From an uncultured Oscillospiraceae bacterium (lineage in GTDB: Bacteria; Bacillota; Clostridia; Christensenellales; CAG-138): a stretch of 53,190 nucleotides of DNA. A program made the translations under genes and the position numbers. The stretch is from NCBI GenBank assembly GCA_964393095.1, contig CAYMSL010000001.1:1-53190 (forward strand), in the 5' to 3' direction. Below the pieces are notes generated by a model, which was not told the origin of the DNA, made no database searches, and saw only the letters and a list, made by a program, of their open reading frames with translations. Shown one piece after another: positions 8,287-19,013 of the stretch. Numbering within the stretch: the first letter of the stretch is position 1; every line of letters starts with the position of its first letter.

Positions 8287-10119
8287 ATGAAACGTATTAC
8301 GCCCGTGCGACTTTCTTTGATGGCCATGTTCATCGCGCTGCAGGTGGTGCTTTCGAAGTTTCTCATGCTGCAGGCGGCCCCTTCGGTACGCTTGAGCATC
8401 GACAGCGTGCCGATCCTGCTTGCGGGCATCTGGCTCGGCCCCGTCGCGGGCGGCATCGTCGGCGTGCTCGGAGACGTGCTCGGTACGCTGCTTTTCCCAA
8501 CGGCAGGCGCCTACTATCCGCCGCTTACAATCGCCTTTCTGCTCATCGGCGTCGTCGCCGGTTTAATGGCCACGCTTGTTAAGGGCAGGAACGCTGTTTT
8601 GCGCGCCGTCTGCTGCGTGCTGCCCGCGGAACTCATCGGCTCGCTGATCTGGAAAAGCTACGCCCTTTCGATGCTCCTCGGCATGTCGTTCCTGACCATG
8701 ATCGCCGCGCGCGTGCTGCCCGTACTCTGCGTCGCCGCCGCAAACACGCTGCTTATCGGCGTGCTCGACCGCCTGCTCGGTACGCGTGTTTTATACCGCG
8801 CCGACGTTGCCCGCGCAGATCTGGACGGCGGCGATTCTGTGCGCGCCGAAATGAGCTACGCCGAAACGCTTGACTACATCCACCATGTGACCTGGCGCGG
8901 CAGCCGCCTTGGGCTTGAACGCACAAGGGAACTGCTTTCCCGCATCGGCAATCCCGAACGGCAGCTTCGCTTCATCCACTTTGCCGGCACAAACGGCAAG
9001 GGCTCGACAAGCGCCATGCTTGAGCGCATTCTGCGCTGCGCCGGTTATAAAACGGGTCTCTATACCTCGCCTTTTATCAACCGCTTCAACGAGCGCATGC
9101 AGGTCAACGGCGAGCCCATTGCCGACGATGAGCTCTCAAAGCTCACCTCTTTGATCCGGCCGCATGCCGACGCGCTGCCCGACCACCCGACCGAGTTCGA
9201 ACTCATCACCGCCATTGCGATGGAATATTTCTCCCGCCACCATGTCGATATCGTCGTGCTCGAAGTCGGCATGGGCGGCGCGCTCGATTCAACGAACGTT
9301 ATCGATACGCCCGAGCTTGCGATCATCACGCGCATGGGCCTCGACCATACGCGCGAGCTTGGCCCGACCATGCGCGACATCGCCGTTGCCAAGGCCGGCA
9401 TCATCAAGCAAGGCGGCGACGTGCTCATCTACGGCCAGAACCCGGAGGCCGACGCGGTGTTTGAGGAAACCTGCGCTGCGCGCGGCGCAACGCTGCACGT
9501 TACCGACCACACGCGTATCCGTAGCGTCTCCCCCGCGCTCGACGCTTTGACCTTCAACTTTTCGCCTTACGGCCAGCTCTCCTGCGGGCTTGTGGGCACC
9601 TATCAGGCATACAACGCGGCCCTTGCGATCACCGCTGTGGAACTGCTGCGCGGCAAGGGCTGGAACATCTCCGACGACGCGCTGCGACTGGGACTTACGA
9701 GCGTACGCTGGCCCGCGCGCTTCGAAATTCTGCGCCGCAAGCCCATCTTCATCGCCGACGGCGGGCACAACCCGCAGGGGATTGCGGCGGCGGTGGACAG
9801 CTTGCAGGCACATTTCCCGGGAAAGCGCATCACGTTTCTGCTCGGCATTATGGCGGATAAGGATATCCCCCACATGCTCGACCTGCTCACGCCGCTTGCA
9901 AAGGAGTTTATCGCCGTTACGCCGAACAACCCGCGCGCGATCAGCGCCGAGGCGCTTGCCGCCATGATCGGTGAGCGCGGCTTTGCCGCGACCGCCTGCG
10001 CCACCATCGCCGAGGGCGTGCACACGGCCATCGAGCGCGCCGGCGAGGACGGCATCGTCTGCACGCTCGGTTCGCTCTACATGCTTGGCGACGTGCGCGC
10101 CGTGCTTGGCGTAGCCTAG
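8287..10119 (+). CDS. folC: fusion protein: FolT-like ECF S-component (aa 1-~170) + folylpolyglutamate/dihydrofolate synthase FolC (aa ~189-610)
   Basis: RBS GAGGAGG. The N-terminal ~170 aa are polytopic membrane sequence resembling folate ECF S components. From MSYAETLDYIH... onward it is canonical FolC (FAGTNGKGSTSAMLERIL P-loop, Mur-ligase fold). There is no stop codon between the two halves. Confidence 0.75.
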   Translation: MKRITPVRLSLMAMFIALQVVLSKFLMLQAAPSVRLSIDSVPILLAGIWLGPVAGGIVGVLGDVLGTLLFPTAGAYYPPLTIAFLLIGVVAGLMATLVKGRNAVLRAVCCVLPAELIGSLIWKSYALSMLLGMSFLTMIAARVLPVLCVAAANTLLIGVLDRLLGTRVLYRADVARADLDGGDSVRAEMSYAETLDYIHHVTWRGSRLGLERTRELLSRIGNPERQLRFIHFAGTNGKGSTSAMLERILRCAGYKTGLYTSPFINRFNERMQVNGEPIADDELSKLTSLIRPHADALPDHPTEFELITAIAMEYFSRHHVDIVVLEVGMGGALDSTNVIDTPELAIITRMGLDHTRELGPTMRDIAVAKAGIIKQGGDVLIYGQNPEADAVFEETCAARGATLHVTDHTRIRSVSPALDALTFNFSPYGQLSCGLVGTYQAYNAALAITAVELLRGKGWNISDDALRLGLTSVRWPARFEILRRKPIFIADGGHNPQGIAAAVDSLQAHFPGKRITFLLGIMADKDIPHMLDLLTPLAKEFIAVTPNNPRAISAEALAAMIGERGFAATACATIAEGVHTAIERAGEDGIVCTLGSLYMLGDVRAVLGVA

Positions 10120-10178
10120 ACAAAAACACGCTTTGCGCTGTTAGCGCAACGAAAAATCGTCATCGGGAGGAAAATCGC

Positions 10179-10820
10179 ATGCCCTTTTCCGAACAGACTC
10201 TCGACGCGTTCCTTGGACTTCTCTCCTCAAAGGCCCCCGTTCCCGGCGGCGGAGCCGCAAGCGCGCTTGCCGGCGCTGCAGCCGCGGCGCTTACGGGAAT
10301 GGTGGCCGCGCTGACCGTTGGCAAACCGAAATACGCCGCCGCCGAAGCGGAAATGCGCGCCGTGCTGGAGCAGGCGGAGGAACTGCGGCTGCGCTTCCTC
10401 GCGCTCATGGATGAGGATGCCGAAGCGTTTGGCCCGCTCACGGCCGTATACCGCATGCCGAAGGACAGCGAAGCCGAGCGGACGGCGCGCGCAAACGCCA
10501 TGGAAACCGCGTTGCGCGCGGCTGTGGAACCGCCGCTGCGGATTCTTGAAATCTGCGGTCCGCTGCTTGAGCTCACGGCCGTCTGCGCGGAAAAAGGCTC
10601 CCCGCTTGCCGTCAGCGACGCGGGCGTTTCCGCCTCGCTCTGCCGCGCCGCGCTTGACGGGGCACAGCTCAACGTGTTCATCAACACGCAGTCCATGCGG
10701 GATCGCGCCTACGCATCCATACTTGAACAGCGGGCGGCGGCACTCGCGGCGGAATACGGCGCACGCGCCGACGCGATCGCCAATCGAGTCGCCATGGCGC
10801 TTGGTATCGCGCGCCCTTAG
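10179..10820 (+). CDS. cyclodeaminase/cyclohydrolase family protein (FTCD C-terminal-like, methenyl-THF cyclohydrolase type)
   Basis: LSSKAPVPGGGAASALAGAAAAALTGMVAALTVGKPKY is the hallmark N-terminal motif of the FTCD_C/FchA family. 213 aa. Confidence 0.8.
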   Translation: MPFSEQTLDAFLGLLSSKAPVPGGGAASALAGAAAAALTGMVAALTVGKPKYAAAEAEMRAVLEQAEELRLRFLALMDEDAEAFGPLTAVYRMPKDSEAERTARANAMETALRAAVEPPLRILEICGPLLELTAVCAEKGSPLAVSDAGVSASLCRAALDGAQLNVFINTQSMRDRAYASILEQRAAALAAEYGARADAIANRVAMALGIARP

Positions 10821-10904
10821 GCGCCTACCCATCCGAGGCAAGTATCGTTCCCCCGCGTATTGTTGATCTCAACCTTCCGCATTCATCCGACACAACACAA
10901 ACCA

Positions 10905-10936
10905 GCCCCCGCATCACGCGGGGGCGCTGTTTGTTT
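10905..10936. terminator. bidirectional-looking terminator between convergent genes
   Basis: Stem GCCCCCGC, loop ATCAC, stem GCGGGGGC, followed by GCTGTTTGTTT on +. It is preceded by ACACAACACAAACCA, which gives a T/G-rich run on the minus strand. Confidence 0.6.
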
Positions 10937-10960
10937 CGCGCTGGAGCGCCGGGTCGCTTG

Positions 10961-11668
10961 TCAGTCAAACCAATGCCATACGTGCCAAAATTCGAGCGCG
11001 CCTGCTTTCAGCGCAAACGCCGCATACGCGCCGGCAAAAAACACCACGAACACGATCGCGGATACGATAGCCGCCGTGCGCAACGCACGCTTCGGCTTGC
11101 CGCCGAACAAGGGAAATATCGCGTAAGGGACGGCCTTGCGCTTGCCGCTTACAGTGCGCTGCCAGCGCAAAAAGGCGGCGGCCGACTTTTTTGTCAGCAA
11201 AAAGCTATAGATTGCAAGCAGCGCAAGAAGCGTTGCGAACGCGAAGATGGCGACGCCGAGCGCCGCGCCGGGCAGGTACGGCATCGCCGGAACCAACACG
11301 CCCGCCGGCAGCAGCGGCGCGGCGAGCAGGCACAATCCCCCAAACGCCATCGTGATCGCACAGACGGCCAAGGCTGCTGCCCAAGCCAGTGCTACGAGGT
11401 ATAACAGCGCGAGGCATAAATCCACAAAGCCCAGCGCGAGTAGCAGCGGCAGCCGCAGCGCCTTTTTTACGCCCGTATCACCCTCGCCGTACTCAAGCGC
11501 CAAATCCGCAGGTACGCCAAGCTTTGCCGCGATCTCTTCCTCCGAGTAGCCGTCCATGCCTTTGCGTGCAAAATGCTCCGCATATTCCGACACGATCTCG
11601 TCCACGTCGGACACGCCGCGCGCCTCGAGCCGCCGCGTCAATTCATCCAAATAAGCCTGCTTTTTCAT
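10961..11668 (-). CDS. DUF1700-type membrane protein (PadR-associated sensor-like)
   Basis: Trimmed to MKKQAYLDELTRRLEARGVSDVDEIVSEYAEHF, a typical DUF1700 N-terminus. Several TM helices follow. Its start overlaps the PadR stop by 4 nt. Confidence 0.7.
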   Translation of the reverse strand: MKKQAYLDELTRRLEARGVSDVDEIVSEYAEHFARKGMDGYSEEEIAAKLGVPADLALEYGEGDTGVKKALRLPLLLALGFVDLCLALLYLVALAWAAALAVCAITMAFGGLCLLAAPLLPAGVLVPAMPYLPGAALGVAIFAFATLLALLAIYSFLLTKKSAAAFLRWQRTVSGKRKAVPYAIFPLFGGKPKRALRTAAIVSAIVFVVFFAGAYAAFALKAGALEFWHVWHWFD

Positions 11669-11961
11669 TCGCTTTCCTCCGTCGACAAGAGTTGCTCCAC
11701 CGTCCGAATAAACGCAAGCCATTCGCCGCGTTCATGCTCGTAGCGCGCCCGGCCGGTTTTGGTAATCGAGTAGTACTTTCTCGGCGGGCCGCCGCTCTCC
11801 TCGGAAAGGTAGGTTGTTACGTACCCTTCGCCCTTGAGCTTGCGCAGTAACGGGTAGACCGTTCCATCGGCAATCTCGATGTGCCGCGAGAGGTATTCCG
11901 AGATGTCGTATCCATAGCGATCGCCCCTGTTGAGCATGGACAGCACGCATAGATCGAGCAC
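11665..11961 (-). CDS. PadR-family transcriptional regulator
   Basis: (V)LDLCVLSMLNRGDRYGYDISEYL...GTVYPLLRKLKGEGYV is a canonical PadR winged helix. The start appears to be GTG at 11961, because no in-frame ATG lies between it and the upstream TAG. Confidence 0.8.
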   Translation of the reverse strand: MLDLCVLSMLNRGDRYGYDISEYLSRHIEIADGTVYPLLRKLKGEGYVTTYLSEESGGPPRKYYSITKTGRARYEHERGEWLAFIRTVEQLLSTEESE

Positions 11962-12063
11962 GCCCTTCTTATACTGCGTATTGATGCCGTTCGCCTCCCA
12001 CTGATTAAATTCATACTACTATATTATATCTACTACTCGCCGATGTCAATCCCTGTTTTTGCA

Positions 12064-12088
12064 CCAAAAAGGAGCCCGCGCGGGCTCC
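12064..12088 (-). terminator. rho-independent terminator downstream of the small ACT-like gene
   Basis: Minus strand: GGAGCCCGCGCGGGCTCC hairpin followed by TTTTTGGTGC. Confidence 0.7.
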
Positions 12089-12118
12089 CGAAAATCATGC
12101 GATGTGGTTATGCGGCAT

Positions 12119-12373
12119 TTAGTTTAGGTCGATATACTTTGCGGTGATCCCGTCAAGCCCGTTGAGGTCCGCGACCAGCTGTTCGACCACGGCCAACTCG
12201 CCGCAGGGTTGCAGCACGATCAGTCCGTCGTTGGCGCAAACATCCTCGCTGGCTTCGTGCAGGCCGAGGCGCGCCCGAATCTGGCAGCCGTTCCTCGTAA
12301 GCACTTCTTGCAATTTGAGCGAGTTGCTCACCCGGTTATCCATGCGAATACCGATGACATAGTAGCAAGACAT
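12119..12373 (-). CDS. small ACT/NikR-C-like protein, resembles the TM1266 'iron-only hydrogenase system regulator' family
   Basis: 84 aa. The pattern YVIGIRMDNR...LQEVLTRNGCQIRARLGL...IVL...LVADLNGLDGITAKYI resembles TM1266-like proteins. This is recalled from memory only. RBS AAAGGAGG. Confidence 0.45.
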   Translation of the reverse strand: MSCYYVIGIRMDNRVSNSLKLQEVLTRNGCQIRARLGLHEASEDVCANDGLIVLQPCGELAVVEQLVADLNGLDGITAKYIDLN

Positions 12374-12833
12374 CGTTTTATCCTCCTTTGCTTTTGCGCA
12401 AATTGCGCAGTTAACCTTAGACTGCTAAACCCGTTGCGCCGTCACATGGGGAACACAGCGCCTGATCCATGGTTTATTCATTATTTTACCATAACCCGTT
12501 TGCGTATACCATAGCTTCCCCCCGGCGCGCAATCGGGCGCTTGCTCTTCGCGGAATTCCGCCCCAAAGGGCGGCTACCGCATTCCCGCCGTAAAAGCGGC
12601 AAGACGCAAAGGCAAGGATGCATGCCGCCCAAAGCAACGCAATGCCTGAAGAAACCGCAAGATTCCTTGACCTTCCCTTGTTGCGGAATGCCATGCGGTT
12701 TTTGCTTTCACAGGAGATGAACCGGGCGCAGGCCGCACATAATAAGAGGGGATTGGCATAGGCAGCTTATCCTCTCTTGTTTCCGCTGTCGATCGATTTC
12801 AAATTGGCGATTGCCGTGTCTGATCGTTCGGGG

Positions 12834-14357
<1,524 letters not shown>

Positions 14358-14360
14358 AAA

Positions 14361-14936
14361 TTATTCCTCCCGAAAGACGATGCCGTGCTCGTCCGCCCGC
14401 TCGATGATGACCAGAGAAACGAGGTTCGCACCCGCCGCACGCAGGCGCTGTCCGCCCGGCTGGAAGCCCTTCTCAATGGCCACGCCGATACCCAGAAGCT
14501 CCGCCCCGGCCTTTTCGACGATCTCCACAAGACCGCGCAGTGCCTCGCCGTTTGCAAGAAAATCGTCGATGATGAGCACTTTATCGTTCGATCCGAGCCA
14601 CTGGCTGGAAACAAGCAGCGTGACGTGTTTTTTATACGTGTAGGAATAGATATCGCTCTTGTAAAGGCCGCCCTCGATGTTGTCGGACTTGGCTTTCTTG
14701 GCAAAGACCAGCGGCACGCCGAACTCGTCGGCGCAGATGGCCGCAAGCGCGATGCCGGAGGCCTCCACGGTCAGCACGGCGGTAAGCCCGGTCAAATCAA
14801 AACGGCCCTTGAACTCCTTCGCAATCTCGCGCATCAGCGCCATGTCCACGCGATGGTTCAAAAAGCCGTCCACCTTGATGATATTGCCCGGAAGAACGCG
14901 CCCCTCGGCGCGAATTCGATCCTGTAAGCGTTTCAT
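14361..14936 (-). CDS. xpt: xanthine phosphoribosyltransferase
   Basis: Trimmed to MKRLQDRIRAEGRVLPGNIIKVDGFLNHRVD..., a typical Xpt N-terminus. PRPP-binding motif VLIIDDFLANG. It ends 3 nt before the guaA start. Confidence 0.9.
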   Translation of the reverse strand: MKRLQDRIRAEGRVLPGNIIKVDGFLNHRVDMALMREIAKEFKGRFDLTGLTAVLTVEASGIALAAICADEFGVPLVFAKKAKSDNIEGGLYKSDIYSYTYKKHVTLLVSSQWLGSNDKVLIIDDFLANGEALRGLVEIVEKAGAELLGIGVAIEKGFQPGGQRLRAAGANLVSLVIIERADEHGIVFREE

Positions 14937-14973
14937 GCCGCACCATCTCCGATCATCACGAAATAATGCGTTT

Positions 14974-15002
14974 ATTATGACGCAAATCGGCAAATGAATC
15001 AA
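14974..15002 (-). promoter_or_regulatory. candidate xpt-guaA promoter
   Basis: Minus strand: TTGATT (15002-14997), 17 nt spacer, CATAAT (14979-14974). It lies ~38 nt before the xpt ATG, which has a GGAGATGG RBS. Confidence 0.4.
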
Positions 15003-15410
15003 GACCCGGCGCGCAATTTGTCCGGATTCCCGCAAAAGGCCGGAAAAATGGCCCCGCGCGAGGCGCTCTGGCAATGGGAAGCTCTGTTTTTGCACATACC
15101 TTCCCCCCAGGAATTTATAAATCGTAGAAAAACGTTCGCGCATGACGTCATGATTTCTTTGTTCCCCATCCTGACGGAGAAAGAGCGGCTGCACGAAACG
15201 CCAAACGGATTTTGCCCGCAAACGTCCCGGCGATCGATGAGACGGAAAGAACAAATCCGCAGCGTCGGAAATCGCCCGCCGCCCATGGCAAAGCGTTTCG
15301 CCCGACCGTATCCCCGAAAGGGAAACCGGGGTTCGGGCGCTAACGCGGCACGTGCTTAGGCCCGGGGCCGGCAGTGCGATCGCGCGGCGTTTTTCCGCCT
15401 TCCCGCGCAC

Positions 15411-15440
15411 ATAAAAGCGCCGCGCGTTGCCGCGCGGCGC
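15411..15440 (-). terminator. rho-independent terminator of hup
   Basis: Minus strand: perfect 10-bp stem GCGCCGCGCG, loop GCAA, stem CGCGCGGCGC, followed by TTTTAT. It lies 20 nt after the hup stop. Confidence 0.85.
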
Positions 15441-15459
15441 CAATATTGCAGGATTCGTC

Positions 15460-15732
15460 TTAGTTGAGCGAATCCTTGAGCGCCTTACCTGCCTTGAAGG
15501 TGGGCAGCGTAGACTCCGGAATGTCGATCTCCTTGCGGGTCTGCGGGTTGTGGCCCTTGCGAGCCGGGCGAACCTTGGCTTCAAACGTGCCGAAGCCAAC
15601 GATAGAGACCTTTTCTCCGGCCTTCAGCGCATCCGTGATCGCGTCAATCAGCGCGCATACGGCCTTATCGGCGTCCTTCTTGGAAAGTTCGCTCTTTGCC
15701 GCGACAGCCGCGATCAAATCCGCTTTATTCAT
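15460..15732 (-). CDS. hup: HU-family DNA-binding protein
   Basis: MNKADLIAAVAAKSELSKKDADKAV...GFGTFEAKVRPARKGHNPQTRKEIDIPES is a canonical HU sequence of 90 aa. RBS GGAGGAG. Confidence 0.95.
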   Translation of the reverse strand: MNKADLIAAVAAKSELSKKDADKAVCALIDAITDALKAGEKVSIVGFGTFEAKVRPARKGHNPQTRKEIDIPESTLPTFKAGKALKDSLN

Positions 15733-15802
15733 TGTATACTCCTCCGTCAATTAATTTGATTGCTCGAACATTGTATCAATGTTCCGTGCGCTTGGCAAGC
15801 CT

Positions 15803-17236
15803 TTATTTGTGAATTTCTTCCCAATTTAGGGACTTTTTGACCCGTTCCCAAAGCTCGTTCTGTTCGGGAAAAGAAAGCTCGGAAAGCGTGTGTCCACCCC
15901 GCGTTGCCAGCGTCTCCATGGCCTCGAACCGGTCGATAAACTTCTCCGTAGCCTTGGCAAGCAGCAGTTCCGGTTCGAGCTTTAGAAGACGCGCGACGTT
16001 GACCACCGCAAAGAGCAGATCCCCCATCTCCTCGCCCACGCCGCTGTCGGCTGCCATCGCCTCACGAAGCTCTTCCGTCTCCTCGGCAATCTTGCCGAAA
16101 GCCTCCGAAGCGCTGTCCCAGTCGAAGCCGACGTCCGCCGCTTTCTTCTGCACCTTGCGGCTGCGCAGCAGCGCTGGAAAACTGCGCGGTACGCCCCGCA
16201 GCACCTCGGTCTGCGTCGTCTGTCTGCGCTGCGCCTTCTTGAGCGCATCCCAGTTGCGCAGCACCTCCTCGGAGCCGTTCACCCGCGTCGCGCCGAACAC
16301 ATGCGGATGGCGGTAGATCAGCTTTTCGACGAGCTCCGTCGCCGCGTCGCGTTCGGTAAACGACGCCTGTTCCTCCGCGATCACCGTGTGCAGCGCGTAT
16401 TGCAACAGCACGTCGCCGAGTTCCTCGCACATATGGGCGTCGTCGCCCTCGTCGATGGCGTCGAGCAGCTCGTAGCACTCCTCGAGCAGCGCGTTCTTGA
16501 GCGAGGCGTGCGTCTGCTCGCGATCCCACGGACAGCCGCCCGGCGCACGGAGCCTGCGCACAACGCGCATCACGTCGTCAAAACCGTAGCGCGACCTTGC
16601 CTCGAACGGCAGCGCCGGCACATAGGCGGCGCTCGCGGCGCCGTAACGCGCCTGGTGATCCAATTCGCAGAGCGGGACACCGCGCGTGACGAACGAGCCG
16701 TCCGCAACCATTTCCGCAAAAAGGATGTCCCAATATGCGGGATAATATTCCAGCAGCCGCAGCTTGATCTCCCCCGCGCGAAGCGCAGAATCGATCTCGG
16801 TGACAACATACGGCAGTTCGGGATGGAACGTTTCGGGCGGGGCCGCCGCCGGGACGCTTATGCCGCGCGCGCGTCCGCAAAACGCCACCTCGCCGACCTC
16901 GAGCCCGGGCAATACCCGCACCATGCCGCCATGCGCCCCGACCGCCGTGCAAATGACGGGAAGCTGGCTTGCCGCGATATCGCCCGTGGCGACATAGACG
17001 CAGCCGCCCGCCTCGGCGAGGCGCCGCGCGATGGCCGCGTTGAGCGCGTCAAAATCCTCCGCCTTTTCATAGAGCTCGTCCATCGTCGTAAAGGCGGGAC
17101 GAATGCGGCGCACCGCCTCGGCCGAGGGATGCAGCGCCGTCTGCACAAAGAGCCTGTCCGCGCGCTCAATGGCCTCGCGCCCCGCCTCGGTGAGCGCCTG
17201 GGGCGCGCAAAGCGGTACGATGATCGTTTCCTGCAT
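15803..17236 (-). CDS. mazG: MazG-family nucleoside triphosphate pyrophosphohydrolase with N-terminal methylase-like domain (YabN-type)
   Basis: The C-terminal half carries tandem MazG domains (CPWDREQTHASLKNALLEECYELLDAI..., EELGDVLLQ, EEMGDLLFAVVNVAR). The N-terminal ~220 aa resemble the tetrapyrrole-methylase-like domain of YabN. Confidence 0.85.
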   Translation of the reverse strand: MQETIIVPLCAPQALTEAGREAIERADRLFVQTALHPSAEAVRRIRPAFTTMDELYEKAEDFDALNAAIARRLAEAGGCVYVATGDIAASQLPVICTAVGAHGGMVRVLPGLEVGEVAFCGRARGISVPAAAPPETFHPELPYVVTEIDSALRAGEIKLRLLEYYPAYWDILFAEMVADGSFVTRGVPLCELDHQARYGAASAAYVPALPFEARSRYGFDDVMRVVRRLRAPGGCPWDREQTHASLKNALLEECYELLDAIDEGDDAHMCEELGDVLLQYALHTVIAEEQASFTERDAATELVEKLIYRHPHVFGATRVNGSEEVLRNWDALKKAQRRQTTQTEVLRGVPRSFPALLRSRKVQKKAADVGFDWDSASEAFGKIAEETEELREAMAADSGVGEEMGDLLFAVVNVARLLKLEPELLLAKATEKFIDRFEAMETLATRGGHTLSELSFPEQNELWERVKKSLNWEEIHK

Positions 17237-17270
17237 AAGCTGCCTTCCCATTCCTTTTAACCGGCCCGTT

Positions 17271-18875
17271 TTACGCCCTCGGGCGCAAGAGATGTTTCTT
17301 AATCCGCGCGCCGCCCGGTATCAGCTTGAAATCCTCCTCGGAAAACATGCGCATCCAGATGATCAATACCAGGTACAGCACGCCCGCAACGACGATGGCG
17401 CCAAGCGAGGAGATCGCGTTTGAAGCCGTTCGCGCAAAGAGAAAGCCGTACGAAAAATACGCCGCCGCGCCGATGACGGCGGACGCAACGAGAGGCTTTA
17501 CGAACGTATCGAGCACGTTGAGCTTCAGCTTTGTGTAACGCACAAGGTAAATCGCGTCGAGTACGCCCGCAATCATATAGCAGGCGACCGTCGAGATCGC
17601 CGCACCCTGAATTTCGATGGCCGGGTTTCGCATGAGGGTAAGCATCAGCGCAACCTTGACCACGCCGCCGATAAAGAGGTTGATCACGGGTATGTGCTGC
17701 TTGCCCGCGCCCTGCAGGATGCCCGTAAGCGTCTGCACAAGAGAGAGGAACACCACCCCGATGGCCGACGTGCGCATGAGCGCGCCGGCTATGGCGAGGC
17801 GTTCGGCGTCGATGTTGTAGAGCAGGTCGATGATCGGCTCCGCAAGCGCAAAAAGTCCGAACGCGCAGGGAATGCCGATGCACATGGCAAGCTTGATGCC
17901 CATGACGGAAACCGTGTGGACGCTTTTTGTATCGTTTGCCGTGCGCGCGGCGGAGATCGCGGGCACAAGGCTCATGGCAAGAGAAATCGTGAGCACCGCG
18001 GGCATGTTGATGATGTTCGTTACGTTGCTGCGCAGCGCGACATAGCGCATCGAGGCCGCCGCCTCGCTAAAGCCGATTGAAAGCAGCGTGCTTTTGATGA
18101 AAGACGCGTCGGCAATGCCGGTGATCGGCATGATCGAAGCGCCGATCGTCACGGGGATCGCAATGGCAAGCAGCCCGCCGATGACGCCGCTTTCGCGCCT
18201 ATCCACGGCACGCTCGGCAAGAAGGATATCTCGATCGGCCCGGCCGCGGAAGAGATAGAACAGCGCCACAGCAACGAGGGCGATCAGCTCCGAAAGCGTG
18301 ACGCCCACGACCGCGCCCATCGCGCCGTACTCGATTCCGCGCGGCAGCCAGCGCGACGCGAGAAACAGACCGATGCCGAGCTTGCCGGCCTGCTCGAGCA
18401 GTTGCGAAACCGCCGTACCCGTCATGCGCTGCAAGCCCTGCAGGTAGCCGCGGTAGGCGCACATCAGCGATACGATCAAAAGCGCCGGCGCCATCGCGCG
18501 AAACGAGGGTGCGGCCCCCATGCCCACCGTGGTGCGCGCAAGCGTATCCGCACCGAAGTACATCAGCGCGCTCGTAACAAACCCTATGCCAAGCAGGAGG
18601 ATCTGCGCCTTACGAAACACCTGTTTTGCCCCGGCGTAATTGCCCACCGCCGTACGCTCCGCAACCATGCGGGAGATGGCGGTCGGCAGCCCGGCGGAAC
18701 TGATGACAAGCAGCGTTGAGTAATAAGGGTAGACCGCCTCGTAATACTGCATGCCGTCGCCGAGCATGTTGTAGAGCGGGATGCGAAAAAAGGCGCCGAT
18801 GACCTTGCAGATCAATCCCGCGACGCCGAGTATGGCCGCACCCTTAACAAATGATTTTTTATCACTTCTTCCCAT
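17271..18875 (-). CDS. MOP-superfamily flippase (MurJ/SpoVB-like polysaccharide biosynthesis protein)
   Basis: 534 aa polytopic protein. The N-terminus KKSFVKGAAILGVAGLICKVIGAFFRIPLYNMLGDGMQYYEAVYPYYSTLLVISSAGLPTAISRMVAE is typical of SpoVB/MurJ-type proteins. It sits upstream of mazG, as in many Firmicutes. Confidence 0.8.
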   Translation of the reverse strand: MGRSDKKSFVKGAAILGVAGLICKVIGAFFRIPLYNMLGDGMQYYEAVYPYYSTLLVISSAGLPTAISRMVAERTAVGNYAGAKQVFRKAQILLLGIGFVTSALMYFGADTLARTTVGMGAAPSFRAMAPALLIVSLMCAYRGYLQGLQRMTGTAVSQLLEQAGKLGIGLFLASRWLPRGIEYGAMGAVVGVTLSELIALVAVALFYLFRGRADRDILLAERAVDRRESGVIGGLLAIAIPVTIGASIMPITGIADASFIKSTLLSIGFSEAAASMRYVALRSNVTNIINMPAVLTISLAMSLVPAISAARTANDTKSVHTVSVMGIKLAMCIGIPCAFGLFALAEPIIDLLYNIDAERLAIAGALMRTSAIGVVFLSLVQTLTGILQGAGKQHIPVINLFIGGVVKVALMLTLMRNPAIEIQGAAISTVACYMIAGVLDAIYLVRYTKLKLNVLDTFVKPLVASAVIGAAAYFSYGFLFARTASNAISSLGAIVVAGVLYLVLIIWMRMFSEEDFKLIPGGARIKKHLLRPRA

Positions 18876-19013
18876 GCCGATTAGTATACCATTTTTTCCA
18901 TGCGTATGCTACGCCGCGCGAGAAAAAGCGGCGAAGCGCTCCGGCACTTTCACCGCGCGCACGGAAGCCAGCCGCACAACCGCTGCGCAAAGGAAACCGC
19001 GCCGCTTTCCGCG

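Noticed and set aside
11990-12045. AT-rich CTACTA direct repeats around a TTGACA/TATAAT-like promoter upstream of padR, as a PadR operator.
   Set aside because: The repeats are direct or mirror rather than the inverted ATGT/ACAT-type PadR sites. The support is too weak to call.
15100-15160. Possible guanine/purine riboswitch upstream of xpt, suggested by a GUUUUUCUAC-like string.
   Set aside because: P1, P2 and P3 helices and the L2/L3 loop consensus could not be formed. Only one short motif matches.
14937-15599. N-terminal extensions in the ORF track. Examples are 14361-15599, 47809-49569, 33285-34586, 23928-24932, 26734-28011, 22106-22972 and 43800-44801.
   Set aside because: The conserved protein starts at an internal Met with a good RBS. 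The upstream extension is low-complexity and often overlaps the preceding gene or intergenic terminators.
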